Numbered from the stretch's first letter, positions 29,879 to 40,294 are shown. The stretch is 62,763 nt of DNA from an uncultured Clostridia bacterium (GCA_937922005.1 CAKZWV010000060.1:1-62763), one strand, 5' to 3'. Notes: generated from the letters alone by a model not told the origin. Program-made: numbers and translations.

Positions 29879-31081
29879 TTGCCCACGAGGCTAGATACGA
29901 TGACTCTAGATGAACAATATATGCAAGAGGCCCTGGACCTGGCCCAGACTGCCCGCCGGGCCGTCCGTCCCAACCCGATGGTTGGGGCAATCCTTGTTAA
30001 GGATGGGAATATTTTGGCCAGGGGCTACCACAAAGGCCTGGGCCTGCCCCATGCCGAAATCGATGCTCTCCGCCAGGTGACCAAGGAGGAGGCAGAGGGA
30101 AGCACCCTCTATGTGACCCTGGAACCCTGCTGTCACCAGGGACGGACCCCGCCCTGCACCAAGGCCATTCAAGCGGCCAAGATCAAAAAGGTCGTCGTCG
30201 CCATGGAAGACCCTAATCCCAAGGTGGCGGGGAAGGGCCTGGCCATCCTCCAGGAAGCTGGTGTGGAAGTCGTTTCCGGAGTCCTCGAGGCAGAGGCTCG
30301 GAAAGTCAACGAAATTTTTATCCACTATATCAGCCAAGGCCTTCCCTATGTCGTAGCCAAATACGCCATGACCGCCGATGGCAAAATCGCAACGCATACC
30401 GGCGATTCTCAGTGGATTACGGGGGAAGAGGCCCGGGCCCACGTCCACAAGATACGGGCGGATCTCGCCGGAATTATGGTGGGCATTAACACCGTTCTTC
30501 ATGACGACCCCCTTTTGACCGCCCGCCTCCCCCAAGCCGTTCAGCCGGTCAGGATTATTTGTGACAGCCACCTCCGCCTGCCACTCACTTCCCAGCTGGC
30601 CCAAACAGCCCGGACCTACCGAACCATTGTGGCCTATGCTCCTGCTGCAAATACTCCCGCCTCTGTCGCAAGGCCCCAGGAGGCTCAGGCGTCGAAGGCG
30701 AGGGCCTTGGAGGCTCTAGGAGTGGAGCTCTTGCCCATTCCAGCCCGGGATAGGGAGTATTTGGATCTGAGGGCCCTCCTGAAGGCTTTGGCCGCTCGAG
30801 AGATCGATAGCCTTTTGGTGGAGGGAGGAGGTACCCTCCATGCCAGCCTTTTTGAGGAAAAGCTGGTGGACAAGGTCCTGGTTTATGTTGGCGGAAAACT
30901 CCTAGGGGGGAAAGAGGCACCTACTCCCCTGGAGGGGGTCGGTGTGGCCAAGATGAAGGATGCCATCCCCCTGACCCTCGAGGGCCTAGAATCCTGGGGA
31001 TCTGATGCCCTCTTAACCTACCGGGTGGAGGAGCAAGCGAAAGGAGGAGGGCCATGTTCACAGGCATCGTCGAAGAAGTAG
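29879..31081 (+). CDS. ribD: bifunctional riboflavin biosynthesis deaminase/reductase; carries ~30-aa in-frame insertion
   Basis: Deaminase motifs 'HAEIDAL' and 'PCCHQGRTPPC', plus a reductase domain. The insertion 'AANTPASVARPQEAQASKA' contains the dispersed motif GCAAATACTCCC. Confidence 0.9.
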   Translation: MPTRLDTMTLDEQYMQEALDLAQTARRAVRPNPMVGAILVKDGNILARGYHKGLGLPHAEIDALRQVTKEEAEGSTLYVTLEPCCHQGRTPPCTKAIQAAKIKKVVVAMEDPNPKVAGKGLAILQEAGVEVVSGVLEAEARKVNEIFIHYISQGLPYVVAKYAMTADGKIATHTGDSQWITGEEARAHVHKIRADLAGIMVGINTVLHDDPLLTARLPQAVQPVRIICDSHLRLPLTSQLAQTARTYRTIVAYAPAANTPASVARPQEAQASKARALEALGVELLPIPARDREYLDLRALLKALAAREIDSLLVEGGGTLHASLFEEKLVDKVLVYVGGKLLGGKEAPTPLEGVGVAKMKDAIPLTLEGLESWGSDALLTYRVEEQAKGGGPCSQASSKK

Positions 31082-31749
31082 GGATTATCCAAGGAATTCG
31101 ACCATCTGGGGCTGGTGGGGCTGCTCGCTTTACCATCCGTTGTCCAAAAATTCGCCCGGGGATTGCCCTGGGTGACAGTGTGGCGATCAATGGCCTGTGT
31201 CTGACGGCTGAGCATTTGGAACCGGAGGGCTTTTCAGCTGATGTGATGCCGGAGAGTGTCCGTCGGTCCAACCTAGGGACCCTCCAAGTGGGTTCCCGAG
31301 TCAATGCAGAGCGGGCCCTCCAGGCCGGGGGACGCTTGGGCGGCCATATTGTCACAGGGCACATTGATGGGACCGGCCAGCTCAAAAGCGTACGCCAAGA
31401 GGGCAACGCTCTCTGGGTTGAAATTACCTGTCCCTCGGCTCTGAGCCTATACCTGGCCCCCAAGGGCTCGATTGCCATTGACGGGGTGAGCCTTACCTTG
31501 GCCAAGGTCCTTCCAGACGGCTTTGCTGTATCCCTGATTCCTCATACGGTGGCTTCGACCACCTTGGCAACTCTGAATCCGGGAAGGACCTTTAACCTGG
31601 AATGCGACATCATAGGGAAATATGTCTACCGATATTTATGCCAGGGAGTATTTGCAGGAGGACCAGGAAGTCAGGAAGGGGCCTCGGCAGCAGCAAATAC
31701 TCCTAGACCCTTTGATGAAGGATTTTTACGAGAAAACGGGTTTCTATAA
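31054..31749 (+). CDS. ribE: riboflavin synthase alpha subunit; C-terminus carries palindromic-element insertion
   Basis: 'MFTGIVEEVG' start, two lumazine-binding repeats and a '...IGKYVYRYL' end motif, followed by extra residues encoded by the GGGAGTATTTGC...GCAAATACTCC element. Confidence 0.85.
   Translation: MFTGIVEEVGIIQGIRPSGAGGAARFTIRCPKIRPGIALGDSVAINGLCLTAEHLEPEGFSADVMPESVRRSNLGTLQVGSRVNAERALQAGGRLGGHIVTGHIDGTGQLKSVRQEGNALWVEITCPSALSLYLAPKGSIAIDGVSLTLAKVLPDGFAVSLIPHTVASTTLATLNPGRTFNLECDIIGKYVYRYLCQGVFAGGPGSQEGASAAANTPRPFDEGFLRENGFL
31643..31703. repeat. ~61-bp palindromic element (GGGAGTATTTGC-N38-GCAAATACTCC) inserted in-frame in the ribE 3' end
   Basis: Inverted 11/10-mer arms. The same 11-mer recurs at least 12 times in the window. 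Confidence 0.6.
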
Positions 31750-31879
31750 CCTTATAAATAAAGTTGACGATGATCGACACAACTCGAAATATGTCGGTTA
31801 CAAAGCGACCCTAAACCGGGCGAGAAAGGATATTATGGAAGAGAACAAAGATAGCTTGCAGACAAGCGAAGGAGCCAGC

Positions 31880-33193
31880 ATGGATAAAGAGATGATTGGT
31901 CAAGGCGCAACTGAGACCCAAGCCCAGATTCACGAGATTGAACAGGCCTTGGAAGACTTGCGTGCGGGGAAAATGATCCTCGTGACGGACGATCCCAAGC
32001 GGGAAAATGAGGGCGATCTGATTTGTGCGGCCGCATATGCGACCCCGGAAAATATCAACTTCATGGCGACGGAAGCTAAAGGACTGATTTGCTGTCCCTT
32101 GAGTCGGGAGTGGGCGGAGAAACTAGACCTCCAGCAGATGTGTGAGAATAATACAGATAACCATTCTACGGCCTTTACTGTGAGCATTGACCACCAGGAT
32201 ACATCGACGGGGATTTCTGCCTACGAAAGGTCTTATACCATTATGAAAATGGTTGAGCCTGGAGTAAAACCGGAAGATTTCCGCCGTCCAGGCCATGTCT
32301 TTCCCCTCCAAGCCCGAGATGGTGGGATCTTTGTCCGCAGTGGCCACACGGAGGCGACCGTAACCTTCTTGAGACTAGCCGGTCTTGATGAGGTTGGGGT
32401 TTGTTGCGAAGTTATGGCCCCATCCGGCCATATGATGCGGCGGGATGGTTTGCGCTACCTGGCTAAGACGTACAATCTCACCATGACGAGCATTGAGGCT
32501 CTCAAGACCTACTTAGAGCACCAGCCTCCGGTCTATCAGCCTCATATTATGAAGCGGGAGACGGAAGCTACTTTCCCCTGCCGCTATGGGGAAAACTTTA
32601 AGATTTACGGCTATGTCAATCAGAAGACCGGGGCCCAGCATGTGGCCCTGACCCTCGGTGAGTGGGAGCCCGATGAGCCAGTCCTTGTTCGCATTCACTC
32701 GGAGTGTCTGACTGGCGATGCCCTGGGTTCAGCTCGTTGTGACTGCGGCGACCAGTATGATCTTGCTATGAAGGCCATTGCTAGAGAGGGCAAAGGGGCC
32801 CTGATTTACCTGCGTCAGGAGGGGCGGGGAATCGGCCTGATCAATAAACTTAAGGCCTACCACCTCCAAGATGAAGGAATGGATACGGTGGAAGCTAATA
32901 TGGCTTTGGGCTTTCCAGCTGACGCCCGGGATTATTCGGAGGGAGCAGAGATCCTTTTGGACCTTGGTATCCATAAACTCCGCCTTTTGACCAATAATCC
33001 TGACAAGGTTCACAAAATTCGCCATTTTGGTCTGGAAGTCGTCGAGCGGGTCTCCATTGAGCCTGACCACAAGGAGACGAATGAGTTTTATCTGGCTACC
33101 AAGCGCAGGAAGATGGGACACGACCTGGTCAAAACGACTAGCGATGTACACCCGCCGGAGATGAACACGGCTAAGGATGAGGAAAATCTATAA
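31880..33193 (+). CDS. ribBA: bifunctional 3,4-dihydroxy-2-butanone-4-phosphate synthase / GTP cyclohydrolase II
   Basis: The DHBP synthase region has 'RENEGDL', and the GCHII region has '[15 protein letters not shown]' zinc cysteines. Start set at the ATG preceded by 'gaaggag'; the ORF-track N-terminal extension overlaps ribE. Confidence 0.85.
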   Translation: MDKEMIGQGATETQAQIHEIEQALEDLRAGKMILVTDDPKRENEGDLICAAAYATPENINFMATEAKGLICCPLSREWAEKLDLQQMCENNTDNHSTAFTVSIDHQDTSTGISAYERSYTIMKMVEPGVKPEDFRRPGHVFPLQARDGGIFVRSGHTEATVTFLRLAGLDEVGVCCEVMAPSGHMMRRDGLRYLAKTYNLTMTSIEALKTYLEHQPPVYQPHIMKRETEATFPCRYGENFKIYGYVNQKTGAQHVALTLGEWEPDEPVLVRIHSECLTGDALGSARCDCGDQYDLAMKAIAREGKGALIYLRQEGRGIGLINKLKAYHLQDEGMDTVEANMALGFPADARDYSEGAEILLDLGIHKLRLLTNNPDKVHKIRHFGLEVVERVSIEPDHKETNEFYLATKRRKMGHDLVKTTSDVHPPEMNTAKDEENL

Positions 33194-33204
33194 GGAGAGA
33201 ATTT

Positions 33205-33678
33205 ATGCATATCATTGAAGGTAAGTACCTAGCTAAGGAAGCAAAATTTGCCATTGTGGCTGCCCGTTTTAATGATTTTATAGTCAGTCGCCTCGTTGAT
33301 GGGGCCTTAGATGCCCTGGATCGGCATGATGTTGCCAGCGACCATATTACCCTGGTAAAAGTTCCAGGAGCCTTTGAAATTCCGATGGTAGCGAAGAAAC
33401 TGGCGGAATCGGGAAAATTTGCAGCTGTTATATGCCTAGGAGCTGTAATTCGGGGGGCAACTTCCCACTATGATCTTGTCTGCAATGAAGTGGCCAAGGG
33501 TGTGGCTCAGATCGGCCTGCAGACTGGAATCCCCGTCCTTTTTGGGGTTGTCACAAGCGATACCATTGAGCAGGCAATCGAGCGAGCTGGCACCAAGGCT
33601 GGGAATAAAGGCTATGATGCAGCTATGGCAGCTCTTGAGCTGGTGAATGTGGTAGAGGGAATCGACCAACTTAGTTAG
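33205..33678 (+). CDS. ribH: 6,7-dimethyl-8-ribityllumazine synthase
   Basis: 157 aa with a '[12 protein letters not shown]...GAFEIP' lumazine synthase signature. Confidence 0.9.
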   Translation: MHIIEGKYLAKEAKFAIVAARFNDFIVSRLVDGALDALDRHDVASDHITLVKVPGAFEIPMVAKKLAESGKFAAVICLGAVIRGATSHYDLVCNEVAKGVAQIGLQTGIPVLFGVVTSDTIEQAIERAGTKAGNKGYDAAMAALELVNVVEGIDQLS

Positions 33679-33740
33679 GCCTCGGGGAAGAGGGAAAAAA
33701 GGCTTTTATTGGGGGACAATGGATCGCAGAAGGAGTTGAG

Positions 33741-34670
33741 ATGATTAATATTACCATCCGTCAGTTGGAGGTTTTTGTGGAAGTCGTGGAGCAGATGAAT
33801 TATTCTGCGGCAAGTGAGAACCTCTTTTTGAGCCAATCTACGGTTAGTAAGCACATCGAGACTCTGGAAAATGTTCTTCAGATGATTCTCATTGATCGGG
33901 ATGATAAGAAAAATATTAGCATTACACCGGATGGACAACGTCTCTATCACTATGCAAAGGATATCGTTTCCCAGCTAAAGGAACTGGAGCAAAACCTCAG
34001 TAAGGATCAAAAAAAACAGATTCTCTTGGGGACTTCCAGCCTGCCTTCGCAGTTTATCTTGCCTAGCATTTTGTCGAAATTCCATGAAAAGGCCCCCGAG
34101 TATACTTTTGTCATCAAGGACAGCGATAGTGCAGGTGTCCACCAAATGCTCCTGCGCAATCTCATCGACGTTGGTTTTGTGGGCTCCAGGATTAAGCATC
34201 AGAGCCTTCGTTATCGGCCGATTGCTCAAGACCGCCTTTTCTTGGCTACCCCAACTTCTCTGAAGTTTATTGAAGCTAAGGACAAGGGCCTCCAGGGTGG
34301 GGACCTCTTGAGCAATCCCCTGATTTTGCGGGAGGAGGGCTCGGGCACGAGGAAGATGTTTGAAAAATATCTTCACCAGCATAAGATCAGCCTCACCAAT
34401 CTCAAGGTCTTTGCCTATGCGGACAACATTGAGAATATTAAGGAGATGGTCCAGCTTGGTTTAGGGGTCTCCCCCATCTCCAGCCTTACCGTGCAGAAGG
34501 AGCTGGAGCAAGGGACCCTGATGGCTTTTCCCATGGGAGAACCGGGCATTCAAAGAAACATTTATGTCGCCTGGAGGGCCGACACCATGGAACGACGCAA
34601 GGCGGAGGGTACGGCAGATGATTTTGTTACTTTCATGCATTTTGTGACCGGGCAAAAATGGCAATTTTAG
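33741..34670 (+). CDS. LysR family transcriptional regulator
   Basis: N-terminal HTH 'IRQLEVFVEVVEQMNYSAASENLFLSQSTVSKHIETLE' plus a substrate-binding domain. Confidence 0.85.
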   Translation: MINITIRQLEVFVEVVEQMNYSAASENLFLSQSTVSKHIETLENVLQMILIDRDDKKNISITPDGQRLYHYAKDIVSQLKELEQNLSKDQKKQILLGTSSLPSQFILPSILSKFHEKAPEYTFVIKDSDSAGVHQMLLRNLIDVGFVGSRIKHQSLRYRPIAQDRLFLATPTSLKFIEAKDKGLQGGDLLSNPLILREEGSGTRKMFEKYLHQHKISLTNLKVFAYADNIENIKEMVQLGLGVSPISSLTVQKELEQGTLMAFPMGEPGIQRNIYVAWRADTMERRKAEGTADDFVTFMHFVTGQKWQF

Positions 34671-34773
34671 GCAAGTATCATACCAGGGCCAACACCTTGA
34701 CGGATATAGTAACGAATATAGCAAGGTTGTTTGCCACCAATCATAATTAGGGCTATCGGAACGGGAGTACACC

Positions 34774-35610
34774 ATGGAAGAAAAGAAAGAAAGTAAGGTC
34801 CAACATTTTATTGGCATTGATATTGGGTCTACCTCAGCCAAAGTGGTTGTGTTAGGAACCGATGGTCAGATTGAGCAAACCTTTTTACAGCCCACAGGTT
34901 GGAGCAGTGTGGACACGGCTGAGGATTTGAAACGGCAAATGGAAGAAAAAGGGGTCGATTTTACTAGCTGTAAGAGCGTGGCCACGGGCTATGGGAGGGC
35001 AGCGGTTCCCTATGTCGATAAGACTGTAACGGAGATTACCTGCCACGCCCAGGGAGCTACCCGTTTGTACGAGAAGGATACGCTCATGATCATCGATATT
35101 GGCGGTCAAGATACGAAAATCATCAAGATCAAAGATGGGATGGTCGATGATTTTATGATGAATGATAAGTGTTCGGCTGGTACAGGGCGTTTCCTGGAGG
35201 TCATGGCTAATGTCTTGGGTATGAAGCCTGGGACTATGATCGAAATGGCCCGGGAGGGTGCTGCTTCGGGAACGACTATTAGTTCCATGTGCACTGTCTT
35301 TGCAGAATCCGAGGTCATCAGCCTGATTGGCAAGGGTGAATCCAAGGAAAACATTGCTTTTGGGATCATTGATTCCATCGTGAGTAAAGTAGCATCTCAA
35401 GCCAAGCGTATGCTTAGTTCTGGGGCAGGAAGTGGAGCTTATGCCGGGCAAGTTTGTCTGACAGGGGGCCTGTGCGATGCACCCTATATCATTGAGCTTC
35501 TAGGGGAAAAACTGGGCACGGAGGTGGTTACTAATCCCCTCGGCCGCTTTGCAGGTGCTTTAGGGGCGGCTGTCCAAGCAGAAAGATTAGCTAAAAGAGA
35601 AGAAGCCTAA
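34774..35610 (+). CDS. CoA-substrate-specific enzyme activase (BadF/BadG/BcrA/BcrD/HgdC ATPase family)
   Basis: 'IGIDIGSTSAKVVVL' acetate/sugar kinase-fold start and '...CSAGTGRFLE', typical of HgdC-like [4Fe-4S] ATP-dependent activators. Confidence 0.8.
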   Translation: MEEKKESKVQHFIGIDIGSTSAKVVVLGTDGQIEQTFLQPTGWSSVDTAEDLKRQMEEKGVDFTSCKSVATGYGRAAVPYVDKTVTEITCHAQGATRLYEKDTLMIIDIGGQDTKIIKIKDGMVDDFMMNDKCSAGTGRFLEVMANVLGMKPGTMIEMAREGAASGTTISSMCTVFAESEVISLIGKGESKENIAFGIIDSIVSKVASQAKRMLSSGAGSGAYAGQVCLTGGLCDAPYIIELLGEKLGTEVVTNPLGRFAGALGAAVQAERLAKREEA

Positions 35611-35626
35611 GGCTTGTCACTTAGTG

Positions 35627-35665
35627 CATGGTCTTTATGCATGGTCTTAGTGTATGGTCTTAGTG
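35627..35665. repeat. 3 x 13-bp tandem repeat (GCATGGTCTTTAT / GCATGGTCTTAGT / GTATGGTCTTAGT)
   Basis: Seen directly in the intergenic region, followed by small hairpins (AAAGCC..GGCTTT; CTTGAG..CTCAAG). Confidence 0.6.
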
Positions 35666-35764
35666 CCAAAGCCCTATAAAGGCTTTGTCGAAAAGTAGCA
35701 TAGGAGCCTTAAACCTTTGCTGCTTGAGAGGCTCAAGGCCTCAAGATAGGGATCGACTTGACTT

Positions 35765-37138
35765 ATGATCTACTTAGATAATGCTGCTACGAGCCTTGTT
35801 CGTCCTCCGGAGGTGGGAGAGGCCATTGTGGCCGCCCTTACTCAGGCTGGTAATTCAGGAAGGGGGACTGGGGACGCCAGCAATGCGACGGCTTATATGA
35901 TGTATCAGCTCCGGGCCAACCTGGCATCCTTTTTCGGTCTAGGGGTTCGGCAAGCTGCCCATGTTATTTTTACTAAAAATGCGACGGAAGCCCTTAACCT
36001 TGCTATTTTGTCGCTCTTACCGACTTACTTAGCCAGCAAGGCCAGGGATCAGGGAGAAGTTCAATCGGGAAAGACAGCAGATGCCTCTTTGAGGAATGTG
36101 GCAGTGCCTCCTACGGCTTTGGATCCCCTTCCCAGATCCCTGCCTCCCCTCCCCGAATCCCTGCTTTCTAGGCCGCCCCATATCATCGTAGCCGATTGGA
36201 ACCATAACTCGGTTCTCCGGCCCCTCTACCGCCTGGAAGACATGGGCCTAGTCAAGCTTGATATTTGGCGGTCGGGTGTTCAAGCAGGCCTGCCGGGCCA
36301 GGGACTTTTAGACCTAGGTGACCTGGATCGTCTATATCAGCCGGAAACCCAAGCCTTGGTGGTCTCTCATGCCTCCAATTTGACTGGGAATGCTCTCGAT
36401 CTGAGAGCCCTAGGGACATGGACTAAGGACCGTAAGCTGCTCTTTTTGGTAGATGCGGCCCAATCGGCAGGTCATCTACCCATCGATATGGAAGCGATGG
36501 GAATTGACCTGTTGGCCCTAACGGGCCACAAGGCCCTCCTGGGTCCGCAGGGAACCGGAGCCCTTTTGGTCCATTTACCTCACATCTTGGAGAAAAACCC
36601 AGCTTTTGCCCTGGACAAGTGTGTCCCCCTTATGGCAGGTGGGGCAGGAATCCTCTCTTTTGACCGAGATCAGCCTCCTATGGCGCCTGAACGCTTTGAA
36701 GCAGGGACCCTCAATGGCCACTCCTTGGCGGGTTGGTTGGCAGCGATGGAGTATTTGCAAAAGGAAGGGCTAGACAAGATCCACCAAGGAGAAATGATTC
36801 TTTTACGAAAACTCTATGAAGGCCTGGTTGGGCTCCCGGACCTGCGAATTTATGGGGATTTTTGCAAGGAAGTCTGGGAAAGCGGGCAAAGAACCCCGGT
36901 GTTGAGCTTTAATCTGGGAAAGACGTCCTCCAATTTTGTAGCTGAGGCCCTAGCTGAGCGCTTTGAGATCGCCTGTCGGGCAGGGGCCCACTGTGCCCCA
37001 CTCATGCATGAGGCTTTGGGAACAACGGACCAGGGAGCGGTGCGTTTTAGTTTGAATGCCTTTACGACCCTGGAGGAGGTGGAGGCAGGAGTGGGCGCTG
37101 TTAAGACCCTGGTGGAGGAAGGATTCGCCTCAAAATAG
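35765..37138 (+). CDS. aminotransferase class V-fold PLP enzyme (cysteine desulfurase family-like) with proline-rich insertion
   Basis: 'MIYLDNAATS', 'VIFTKNATEALN' and 'LALTGHKALLGPQGTGALLV', with the PLP lysine in HK. A ~50-aa P/L/S-rich insertion follows the first third. Confidence 0.75.
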   Translation: MIYLDNAATSLVRPPEVGEAIVAALTQAGNSGRGTGDASNATAYMMYQLRANLASFFGLGVRQAAHVIFTKNATEALNLAILSLLPTYLASKARDQGEVQSGKTADASLRNVAVPPTALDPLPRSLPPLPESLLSRPPHIIVADWNHNSVLRPLYRLEDMGLVKLDIWRSGVQAGLPGQGLLDLGDLDRLYQPETQALVVSHASNLTGNALDLRALGTWTKDRKLLFLVDAAQSAGHLPIDMEAMGIDLLALTGHKALLGPQGTGALLVHLPHILEKNPAFALDKCVPLMAGGAGILSFDRDQPPMAPERFEAGTLNGHSLAGWLAAMEYLQKEGLDKIHQGEMILLRKLYEGLVGLPDLRIYGDFCKEVWESGQRTPVLSFNLGKTSSNFVAEALAERFEIACRAGAHCAPLMHEALGTTDQGAVRFSLNAFTTLEEVEAGVGAVKTLVEEGFASK

Positions 37139-37284
37139 GCAAAAGCATTGCCTTATGGTATACTAGCGATGGGCTATCAGGAAAGTATTGTCTGCATGTA
37201 TCGCCGATGATAGTAAGTTTATAAGACTTGCCATTTGCTGCGATATACGTTTTGAATTGTCATATTTGTGTTAAAGGAGACCAA

Positions 37285-38571
37285 ATGCCAACGACAGATT
37301 ATCAAACCATGTGGAAAGATCTCGGGATGAATCTCGAGATGCACGATAACCTCTGTGCTGCCCTACCTATGGGTATCGAAGCCACCTTCCAAAATGAGAA
37401 AAACCGTCCCGAGGCCATGGGTTATTGGGATATGATCATCGCCCAGGTTCACGGCCTGCGCCCCGCCGAGTTGGTGGAGGAAAAGAAGAAGGGCCGCAAA
37501 GTCTTTGGAACTTTCTGCGTCTATGTGCCTGACGAGCTGATTATTGCTGCAAACGGGATCGTGACCGGTCTCTGCGGCGGGTCTGAGTTCTGGGTTCCTA
37601 GTGGGGAAGAAGTCTTACCGAAGAATACCTGCCCCCTGGTGAAGGCCTCCATCGGAGCACACAGGAGCAAGACTTGCCCCTTCTTTAGCTTGTCTGACAT
37701 CTACATTGGAGAGACCACCTGCGATGCCAAGAAGAAAGCCTATGAAATTTTGGCTGAAGATTCAGATGTATATGTCATGGACCTGCCTCAGATGAAGAGG
37801 GAAAAGGACCATGTCAAGTGGGCTGGTGAGATCGCTGAATTTGCCAAGGTCGTCGAGCGGGTCACTGGAAATAAGATTACCCCGGAAAAACTTAAGGAAG
37901 CGATTAAGATCATTAATAATCGCCGCAAAGCCATGGCAAGAGTCTTTGATGCCAGAAAGAATCCGGATAATGTGCCGATTTCTGGAACGGACTGCCTCTT
38001 AATGACGCAGATTGCTTTCTTTGACGATCCTGAGCGCTGCACCCAGATGTGCAACAAGCTGGCCGATGAGCTCGATGCCCGTAACAAAGAGGGCAACTCC
38101 GTTGCTCCCAATAGTTACAAGCGTCTCATGATCACCGGGACCCCCATGGCCGTGCCCAACTGGAAGGTCCACAGCATCATTGAGCACAATTTACCTGCCG
38201 TTGTGGTGTGCGAGGAGATGTGCACCGGGACCCGCTATGTGGAGAACTTGGTGGATGAGTCCGGGGAGACCCTGGAAGAGATGTATCGTCACCTGGCCGA
38301 TCGCTATCTCAAGAATAATTGTGCCTGCTTCACGCCAAACAAGGCCCGGGTCGAAGATGTCATTCAAAAGGCCAAAGACTACCATGTCGACGGGGTCATT
38401 GACTGCAGCTTGAGCTTCTGCAATCTCTATGAGACTGAGCAGTACGGGATTGGCAGGGCCTTGAAAGAAGCTGGCATCCCCTGCCTGTCGATTACAACGG
38501 ATTATGCAGATTCCGACAGCGAGCAGCTGAAGACCAGAATCGGCGCTTTTGTTGAAATGTTAGACAACTAG
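37285..38571 (+). CDS. 2-hydroxyacyl-CoA dehydratase family protein (HgdB/BcrC/BadD-like; possibly a double-cubane-cluster-type protein)
   Basis: Cys-rich family architecture next to a cognate activase gene. Start set at the ATG after 'aaggag'. Confidence 0.65.
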   Translation: MPTTDYQTMWKDLGMNLEMHDNLCAALPMGIEATFQNEKNRPEAMGYWDMIIAQVHGLRPAELVEEKKKGRKVFGTFCVYVPDELIIAANGIVTGLCGGSEFWVPSGEEVLPKNTCPLVKASIGAHRSKTCPFFSLSDIYIGETTCDAKKKAYEILAEDSDVYVMDLPQMKREKDHVKWAGEIAEFAKVVERVTGNKITPEKLKEAIKIINNRRKAMARVFDARKNPDNVPISGTDCLLMTQIAFFDDPERCTQMCNKLADELDARNKEGNSVAPNSYKRLMITGTPMAVPNWKVHSIIEHNLPAVVVCEEMCTGTRYVENLVDESGETLEEMYRHLADRYLKNNCACFTPNKARVEDVIQKAKDYHVDGVIDCSLSFCNLYETEQYGIGRALKEAGIPCLSITTDYADSDSEQLKTRIGAFVEMLDN

Positions 38572-38617
38572 GTTAAGACCTAGGAAATTAGCGTTCACTC
38601 CCTTCCCCTATTTTGAG

Positions 38618-38676
38618 CAAATACTCCCGACCGCTTGTGCCGCACAGGAGTGCTGGATAGGGGGAGGGAGTATTTG
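38618..38676. repeat. inverted pair of the dispersed 11-mer (CAAATACTCCC ... GGGAGTATTTG) with flanking ATAGGGGGAGGG-like motif
   Basis: Intergenic; the arms are 38618-38628 and 38666-38676. Confidence 0.6.
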
Positions 38677-38774
38677 TTATAGGGTGGCCCAATTTAGGGG
38701 GACGGAGCTACGAATGTAAGCTTCAACTGTGAGAGTTAGGTAGAAGGGTTTAGATTGATTTTAAAGGCTTTATT

Positions 38775-39038
38775 ATGGACAAAGTGATGCCAGTTCGCTA
38801 TTATGTAATCGTGCGTGGGCCAACGGAGGGGATGGCTCTGCACCATTATCTCAAGGAGGCCAATGTGCCCCAAAATATTGCGCCCGCCCCTCGGTTACCA
38901 AATTTTAAGATGCCTTGCGGAATGGCGTTGCGGGTGGAGGAGGCCCATTATGAGGCCCTCCTGGCGGCGCTTCAAGGACATGAAGATGAGTACGTAACGA
39001 TCGTCAAAGTGGGCGACCAAAAGGGAGGATCTGTATGA
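38775..39038 (+). CDS. DUF3343-like small protein (putative S/Se carrier-like)
   Basis: 87 aa; 'VRYYVIVRGPTEGMALHHYLKEANV...KMPCGMALRV' fits the DUF3343 size and pattern. Confidence 0.5.
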   Translation: MDKVMPVRYYVIVRGPTEGMALHHYLKEANVPQNIAPAPRLPNFKMPCGMALRVEEAHYEALLAALQGHEDEYVTIVKVGDQKGGSV

Positions 39039-40108
39039 TTTATTTTACCAGTGACTATTGTGAGTCTTGCCACCCTAAGTTGCTGCAAGCTATAGTGGAT
39101 CTGGGGGATCATCAATATCCGGGGTATGGAAAAGATGAGATTTCTGCCGAAACCCGGACTATGCTCAAGGAACAGTTGGATGCACCGGAGGCGGCCGTTC
39201 ACTTTATGGTCTCGGGAACCCAAAGTAACTTTATCTTGATGGCAGCGGCCTTGCGCCCCCATGAGGGGGTTCTTTGTGTGGAGACTGGTCACCCCAATGT
39301 CCATGAAACGGGGGCCGTTGAAGCGACCGGCCACAAGCTTCTTATTCTCCCACTTAAAGAGGGACCCCAGGATGGAAAGGTCGACCCTGAGTTGGTGGAC
39401 ATTTTCTGTAAGGATCACTTTAACTCCGCTTCCCCAGAACACCAGGTCAAACCGAAGATGATCTATATTTCTAATACTACCGAGTTGGGGACGGTTTACC
39501 ATAAGGCTGAGTTGGAAGCCCTCCGTAAGGTGGCCGATAAGTGGAATCTTTATCTTTTCATGGATGGGGCAAGATTGGGATCGGCTATGAAGGCCGAGAG
39601 TCAAGATTTAACAATGCAAGATTTACCGAAGCTTTGTGATGCCTTTACCATTGGGGGCACCAAGTGCGGTCTAGCCTTTGGGGAAGCCATGGTCATCATG
39701 AATCCGGCGATTCAGCAAGATTTTAGATATATCCAAAAACAAAAGGGAGCCATGCTGGCGAAGGGCTGGTTGATTGCTACTCAATTTAGGGCTGCCTTCC
39801 AGGATGGACTATTTTGGGAACTGGCTGACCATGAAAATAAAATGTCAATGAAGATTGCGGCTGCTTTTGCTAAAGCAGAGTCCGCAGGGGTAAGTTTTGC
39901 CTACCAACCCATTTCTAACCAGCTCTTTATCTGGATTCCTAATGACTTGGATGATTTGCTCAAGAAATCTTTTGTATACGAATATTCTGACTCGCAATTT
40001 GAACCCAATCGCAAGTTTACTCGCTGGGTCACTTCTTTCTGGACCAAGGAAGAGAATGTCCATGCCCTGGTGGAGGCCATTGATTCTTACTTAGCCGCCC
40101 GAGCCTAG
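39035..40108 (+). CDS. low-specificity threonine aldolase / beta-eliminating lyase family PLP enzyme
   Basis: 'FTSDY', 'GYGKDE', 'FMVSGTQSNF', 'HPNVHETGA' and 'FMDGARLGSA' follow the threonine aldolase pattern. Confidence 0.75.
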   Translation: MIYFTSDYCESCHPKLLQAIVDLGDHQYPGYGKDEISAETRTMLKEQLDAPEAAVHFMVSGTQSNFILMAAALRPHEGVLCVETGHPNVHETGAVEATGHKLLILPLKEGPQDGKVDPELVDIFCKDHFNSASPEHQVKPKMIYISNTTELGTVYHKAELEALRKVADKWNLYLFMDGARLGSAMKAESQDLTMQDLPKLCDAFTIGGTKCGLAFGEAMVIMNPAIQQDFRYIQKQKGAMLAKGWLIATQFRAAFQDGLFWELADHENKMSMKIAAAFAKAESAGVSFAYQPISNQLFIWIPNDLDDLLKKSFVYEYSDSQFEPNRKFTRWVTSFWTKEENVHALVEAIDSYLAARA

Positions 40109-40203
40109 TGAGCATCCTAGCTGGACCAAGCTAACTTTATTTCAGACCTGATTGATATCGCTGATTTATATTATATCGCTCATTGATATAAGTACGTCCT
40201 CTC

Positions 40204-40257
40204 AAAAAAACCGTCCCCCTTCTATCCTAGTAGCCTAGGTAAGGGGGACGGTTTCTA
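40204..40257. terminator. bidirectional rho-independent terminator
   Basis: AAAAAAACCGTCCCCCTT-loop-AAGGGGGACGGTTTCT: a 12-bp stem with A- and T-tracts on both sides, between convergent genes. Confidence 0.8.
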
Positions 40258-40294
40258 TATTCTTTCCTTGCGATCGGCTTTTGATGATTGGCCC

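Noticed and set aside
30921-31505. 194-aa minus-strand ORF spanning the ribD/ribE junction
   Set aside because: It is antisense to two well-supported rib genes, and high GC gives open antisense frames. No start signals.
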